Assembly: GCA_030141605.1 (NCBI GenBank)
Contig: JAQGDQ010000069.1
Span: 439,126 to 503,125 of the forward strand
Origin: Tubiluchus corallicola
Lineage: Eukaryota > Animalia > Priapulida
Direction: 5' to 3'
DNA: 64,000 bases
Of this stretch, positions 24,518-64,000 are shown one piece after another. The notes beneath the pieces were generated by a model. It saw only the letters and a list, made by a program, of their open reading frames with translations, searched no databases and was not told where the DNA came from. A program made the position numbers and the translations under genes. Within the stretch, counting starts at the first letter, position 1. Every line of letters begins with the position of its first letter.

Positions 24518-26518
24518 TACATCACATCTCTGTGCATTATCACATTAACTGACCACCAATTTGTCGATTACAAAGCGTGTAAACATCAGCGTGGCGAACT
24601 TTGCTCTATTATTTGTACTGTAATGCATACACAGCAAACGGTACTTGTCCCAGTATGCCTGGATGTGGCAATTATTATTGTGGTGATGACTAGCTAGTGT
24701 TCAACTAGACGAAAATGAATTACCATGATCGAATTATTAGTTACTGGAAGTAACAACTACTAGCTATTGACCTTCGGAACACACAGTATGTATAAGAATA
24801 ATACCCTCGGCTCTATAATGCTGTCCACACAATAGAAGTGCGACCAGAAACTTGGGTAGAAACATAGTTCAGAATCAGTTTCTCAAATTATTTATTGGTG
24901 CTTCTGGTCAACCATGAATGCGTGAATGAAAGAAAATCTGTGACTAGCCGAACTTTGTACTTTAATAAAAAATTGTGCTGCCTGCAGAATTGTAGTCAGC
25001 AAACTTTTAATGACAACACGGACTTCAAAGTCACTTCAACTTTGTAATTAAACAACAGCTCTATGAAGACAACAAACACTATAATAATCATTAGATAAAA
25101 ACAAACTTATACGGTCTTAAGAAAATTTTACTAAAGTTATTAATATATAAATATTATTGTGGTGCAGTAATTAATGATGCAAGTACTACCATGTGTTACT
25201 TGACACGTAATTTTATTCATTATTTTTACAAGTATAGGAATAAGCGTAACAATTATGATGCAGATAAATGTTGGCTACAATACTGCTAAAAGTTTACAAC
25301 ATAAAGTTTACAAAATAATTAATGTTTTCTAAATTTCACAAATTTCGATAATGTTCATTGTCGATATTGTTTTGCACAATATACAACGACTGCACTTAAA
25401 ACAAATTGCCCCAGACAGAAATGATGAAATAGCTGACTTGACTGATTGATTTTTAATTAAAAATTAAGTATTTTATTGATAGAAAATGCCAAAATTAAGC
25501 AAAAAATGTTGAAGTGACAAGGTGAAATTCACTGTGGTCAATCTTAGAAATAACACTAATTATTAAGCCCTTTTTTAAGTTAACAAAAATGTACTGAAAT
25601 CAGTTATCTATATAGCTGACAAAAAAGTAGTTCAATTACGTAGCTGACGATGAAAACTAGTCCAGAATGAAAAAGATAATAAAATATTGGGTCATACAAA
25701 CACAGTACTTATATTACACATTCTACTTTCTAAGACTTCAAAATATATACTACATGTAGTAAAATCAACATTTAATAAAATAAACATCAACAACATTAAA
25801 TAAAATATCAGCAGAATGTACAACATGCACAGCAATGGGTATGGTTAGTCGATTTTTAAGTGACACAACAAATAACTGATTCACTAAAATGAATCATTTA
25901 TTAAAATTTGATCTTGCATGTTTCCATAAAACTAAAACCTCGAGGAACAATGAAAATACCAACTTGAACATACAAAGGAAGTAATTATCGTTTAATTATG
26001 TACATACAAAAATAGATTTTGCGTATCACACTTTTATTACAAAAAGATCAAAATATGATGCAAAGTAACAACCTGCACCATCAATTGGTGAGCTATAATA
26101 ATAGATATAAATATAATATAAATAAAACTGATTTTTTTTTGTGAGTATTTACCCATTCGGTCTTAATAAAATTTTACTCAAGTTACAATTGTATTTATTT
26201 TTGTGGTGCAACAATTAAGGATGCAAGTTATTTGCAAAATATTTAGCTAGTTTTACAATAAAGAAATAAATTTGGTAGTATCACATGCTGAAATCTTGAT
26301 CGCAAAAATGAAAACATAAGTGTGTATACATGACATTAGAACATCAAACTAATAATGTACTGTTCCCTTAATTACAATAATATTAATACATTAAATTTAA
26401 AAAAAAATGAGTAAATTTTTAAAACATTGATTTTGTTTCACAGAGTGAAAATGCTTCACCTGCAATGAATATCTATACAATAAAAATCCATAACTTGACC
26501 TTGGTAACCATGAATATG

Positions 26519-41771
<15,253 letters not shown>

Positions 41772-42302
41772 TTTCCTGAATACTAATTTGTAGGTTCTGT
41801 TTGAGTTGCTAGTCACTCATTCCTGAAATAAAATAAAATTTTGTTAATAATTAGCTAGTGTTAAAGTTCAGTAACTACAAATTTTGACCCCAGTAAATAA
41901 CTCAGTGTTAACATGCAGAGTAAAAAACATGTTTATACGTGACTGGGTTTCTAAAAACATGTAGTTAGCAAAGAACAATAGGATGTATACACCGAAATAT
42001 TTTCTATATAAACTTAATTAAAGTAGTGGCATTTTATACACCATTATGGAAGCTGCTCATCACTAAAAGCCAAACCTAGCCTAGAAAATCACTGGTCTTC
42101 AATAATAATGTCATAGTGATTACCAGCATACCACTAGATAATGAATATTAGTAATGAGTAAGGGCCATGATGACAAAGGGACAATATATTGTGCAGCATG
42201 TCCAATACAGTATGACTTCCAATAATCAACTTTAGAAACATACATTAATCAGTTACTCAGGTTATTAATTATCAGCAAATAATTATGCAGCATAATTTTG
42301 AT

Positions 42303-42573
42303 TAGATGGTTTAGTCTAGTCATGCGTCTGCTTTCCATCTGGGAGGTTGTGAGTTCGAACCAGCGGCCGGGTCATACCAAAGACTTTAAAAATGGTACCT
42401 GCTTTGCCCTGCCTGACGCGTGGTATTTAGGGTAAAAGTGGGGCAAAAATAGTCTCTGTTATGTAGAGTTGTAGGTTGTTATTTACAGTCGGTGATAATA
42501 GCTCTTTGAGCTAATGTTAATTGTTGACCCAAAAGCCGACTTTAAAAAAAGATTATTATTATTATTATTATTA
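42303..42573 (+). mobile_element. tRNA-derived SINE
   Basis: A-box-like tggtttagtctagt, B box GAGTTCGAAC (42351), central ggccgggtcataccaaagactttaaaaatggtacctgc, and an (ATT)n tail. A related copy lies at 12560. Confidence 0.8.
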
Positions 42574-42864
42574 CAAACACATAAAAGAGTATGCTTTGCC
42601 AACTGTAACTGTGTAAATTAGAAATCCAATCATTGCTTTAACTACAATATGTAAATAAATAAACTAGTCTGGTTTCGTCTACTTAACAATAGGACACTCA
42701 AGGCTTGTTTAATTTTTGTTTATATTGTTAAGAATCTTGCAGATACACAACAGTCTGCAAATACGTGCAAAATTTCTTGTAAAATTTCGTTTTAGCAAAA
42801 GTAGATAATTACGTAACCATGTTATCAATAGCAGATAATATAAATGTTGGGAGCGGAGAAGGAC

Positions 42865-42968
42865 CCTAGCCGAAGTAGGACAATTGGCATACATGGGCTA
42901 GTCTAAGTAGGAGGGATCGTACATGAGCTAGCCCAAGTAGGACGCATCGTACATGGGCTGCCCAAGGA
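42865..42968 (+). repeat. 30-bp tandem repeat (~3.5 units)
   Basis: acatgggctagtctaagtaggagggatcgt / acatgagctagcccaagtaggacgcatcgt / acatgggctgcccaagga. Confidence 0.75.
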
Positions 42969-44859
42969 CACTAGAGACAGATCACAAATTGAGTCGTTAA
43001 CCGTACTGGCAGCGTCCGCTGCTCTTGTTTATTCAATAATAATAATTGAAAATGTCAGTACATGTTGAATAATTTATTATACATCTGATAAAATAAAAGA
43101 ATCTTATTCTGAGCCAGTAGAATGGCCAATATTAAATATGGCTTCGATATTAATCTTTTGAAGTGAAATAAGCCCGCTTTTTAGGCGATTCCAACATTCA
43201 CAGACATGTGATACATTTCACTACCTCTTGGACAAATAATTGTTTTTTACTAAGTAAAAGGGCTAGTAAGCTAATTGCCCTACATAGTTTCTCTTTTTAA
43301 AGCATTAGATACTTAGTTTAATGTTAGGCTGATATTAATGGAGCTAATAATAATGATGATATAATTCTAAAAAATGCATTTGTAAATTGGTAAGGCCTAT
43401 CTATCATTATTATAAAGTTACTTTTTTCTAATGTATATTTTTTATTATTTTACTTAATATTTTGTTATAATGCTTTTTTATTATGTCATAATTATAGATT
43501 CTCGACAGAAATCGCCTGTGCCCTACCTGGGCTGCCCTTGTACGACACTGCTTTTTTGCAATTTTAGCACATGCGTTTTAGCGGAAGTGTCATAATTCGG
43601 CTAGTGGCGTACTCCGCGCCCTACATAAAGTAACACTGTTGGGATACTTGTTATATGTGTGCTTGCATAGCAAAATCGTCCATAAGTCGGCAAATAAAGC
43701 TTTTCTAGTTATTCACATATCCAGAATCTCCATTTCACGAGAGTCATTTTGAAACTCAGCTCATCGCTTTATGTTATTTCTAAGCTGAGATAATTCAGGT
43801 TGAAGTTGAGGTGCACGCTACGCACTGAAAAGCCTAATCTATTTAAAACGCTGTTAAAAACCGCATGAAAGTGGGGTTGCTATGAATTGTACAAGAGCAA
43901 ATTGAAGTCACGTTTAAATCCAGTAGATGGCTCTTCCAGACAAAGATCTGGTCTTGTCAACTGAAAAAACCCGAAGCAAAATGACTGCTTCCACGAGCTA
44001 CAATTGGAGTTAGAATATACAAGTTTTTTTTTACAATTGCAGTACTATTTTCTAGACAGAAAAGTGGGTAAGGAGTTATAAAATTAGATTTCTAGTATTT
44101 TTTGGACATTTTCCTGATAATTTGATGCTAGAATATAAAACTCCAATATATTTAGCATTTGTTTTCATAAAGATCGACATTTTACCAATTTTTGGTGCTT
44201 TCTACTTTGAAGCATCACAACGTAGTTTTAACTATGCCGACTTATGGACGGTTTTGGTTTGCAAGCACACATATTACAAAGCTCAACAGCAAAGAATGAG
44301 AGACTACAAATTGTATTAGTAAAATATAAGGAACTAGAAAAAGATATGAGATGGATGACGACTGATGATATTTAAAGATGACATGAGAAACAATTTTTAT
44401 TCTCAGATTTGTTGCAGAATCTACTATAGCAAAACACAAATCTTTACTTGAACCCTGGGGTCTTGAAACAAGAAATAAAACCGTTCAAGATGACCGTGTA
44501 AGAGGAATTATTGTTTTTATCAAACGAGGATAACAATTCAATGTTTTTCAATTTAATATATTCAGGTATTATGGAAAAAATATGAGTTAGTAGGAGTACT
44601 ACCAGAAAAAATACAAAAATTGATAATAAATTAAAAAAAAATACTTGTTGCAGTGCTACGCAGTTGAACCTGAATGCAAGTTGTATAACAGTTATTATTT
44701 TTTCCAAATTTAATCATTTGAAAAGCTAGTTACATTTCCCAACGTTTTCTTCGAAACACAACGATGACAATGAAAGAAATCTTCAAGTCAGTACATAAAT
44801 GCTATTCAAATCACAAATTTATTTATAAACACGAGTATTCCTCACGTAGTAGTTACAGC

Positions 44860-45187
44860 TAGGGCTGAGCAGTTTGCCAGAAAGCGAATAAGAATCCAAT
44901 TGAATTTGTGACTTTCGAATTTGAATTGAGTTTAAAAGATTTTCGAACAAGGTTTCGAACCAGTAGTAAAAAGTGGTCTTACAAAGATCATGCATATTAC
45001 TTGATTTTGTTCAGCAGTAAAATCACTGTTAGTTTGCTAAAGAATTTTGCACAGAAAGTGCATATAAACTGCATTAATTGTATGCTGTTTCAAACATTTT
45101 AATAATAAGAAACACATGTAGCTGAAATGCTGAATTATGCGAATCTATAATTTTAGGTTCGAATCGGACGTTAGATGCTCACCCCTA
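44860..45187. mobile_element. hAT-like MITE immediately upstream of copine B
   Basis: TIRs TAGGGCTGAGCA ... TGCTCACCCCTA with internal cgaat/ttcgaa subterminal motifs. ttacagc occurs on both flanks but is offset, so the TSD is imperfect. Confidence 0.55.
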
Positions 45188-45435
45188 GAACTTACAGCAA
45201 TGAATTGTCGGTTTTGGACTTGATGTGAAATAAACGAACTTGAATAAGTGAATTTTGCGTTCCCCGATCTAACTCTAACCCTGAGAAGTGGACGGTTAAC
45301 CATAAACATGATGTGTGACGGGAGGTCACGAGTTCCGGTTGTGAAATTTGGTGTTTTTCAAGCGGAACATTGTTTTATTTTAAGTTAAGGTTAAATACGA
45401 AGAGAATAATTTGGATTTGTGTTAAAGGATTGAAT

Positions 45436-63540
<18,105 letters not shown>

Positions 63541-63779
63541 TAGAATAGCTGCTTGTTAGTTCAGTTTTTGTTTATTTTCATTTTCTAAAAATTAGGCATC
63601 CATAATTTTAGGGTACATGTACCTTTCTATGTACATATGGAAATTTTTTCACTCAACCCTGCTTTTATATAGTTTTTGTCTAAGTCTTTAAGAAATCTTT
63701 GATGTAAGTAAAGCTAATTAGAAAATTTTGTACATGGAATTTTGCCGTTATTATGGAAGTTGTTGTATGAACACTTTTT

Positions 63780-64000
63780 ATGCTATACTAATAAGCTTTG
63801 CAATCACTTTGGTCACAACACAGCAGTGCGATTGTAGTTTCAGCACGACAGTATTTAAGCTTTTTAATAGTATTGGTCATGGCCCAGAATTGCGGTTGTA
63901 GCTGCAAGTATGACAATAGTTAAGGCTCGCAATAGTGCTGGTCATGGCTAAGCAGTTCGGCTGTAGTTACAAGCACGGCAATATTTAAGCTTTTTAATAT
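63780..64000 (+). repeat. 65-bp tandem repeat running off the window
   Basis: ggtca recurs at about 63811, 63875 and 63940; units share g(c)gg.tgtag.t.caagca.g.ca.ta.ttaag. Confidence 0.7.

Noticed and set aside
24545-24700. Coding-looking frame upstream of ORF246 (HHHNNNCHIQAYWDKYRLL...)
   Set aside because: It is bounded by stops, with no ATG or usable acceptor at its start, so at most it gives a short uORF.
42303-42375. tRNA gene
   Set aside because: It has a B box but no intact cloverleaf, and it continues into a SINE body and (ATT)n tail.

Overview
AT-rich animal (invertebrate-like) genomic DNA with spliceosomal GT-AG introns. It is not prokaryotic, and I saw no CRISPR, rRNA or tRNA genes. 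On the minus strand, left to right: the 5' part of an unidentified helical/coiled-coil protein gene with apparently alternative first exons (exons at 924-1118 and 2306-2389; candidate starts at 2873 and 9452); ASCC1 (two coding exons, 349 aa); DPAGT1/ALG7 (intronless CDS, 410 aa); a candidate 38-aa hydrophobic sORF; an intronless 246-aa orphan membrane-protein ORF; and a complete copine gene with 18 coding exons (558 aa, CPNE5/8/9-like). A second copine paralogue lies head-to-head on the plus strand (ATG 45436). Its first 9 coding exons are in the window and each has exactly the same length as in the first copy. The introns hold many TE remnants: TTAA-flanked MITEs, a TA-flanked pogo/Tigger-like MITE, a hAT-like MITE, a putative solo LTR, tRNA-derived SINEs and decayed LINEs, plus mini- and microsatellites. 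The most notable observations are the divergent copine pair, a compact co-oriented cluster of nearly intronless genes that may be co-transcribed (DPAGT1-ASCC1), the orphan membrane ORF, an inverted MITE pair bracketing five copine exons, a composite segment shared by non-homologous introns of the two copines, and a minisatellite that grew out of LINE coding sequence. All exon models were read by eye and have no transcript support.
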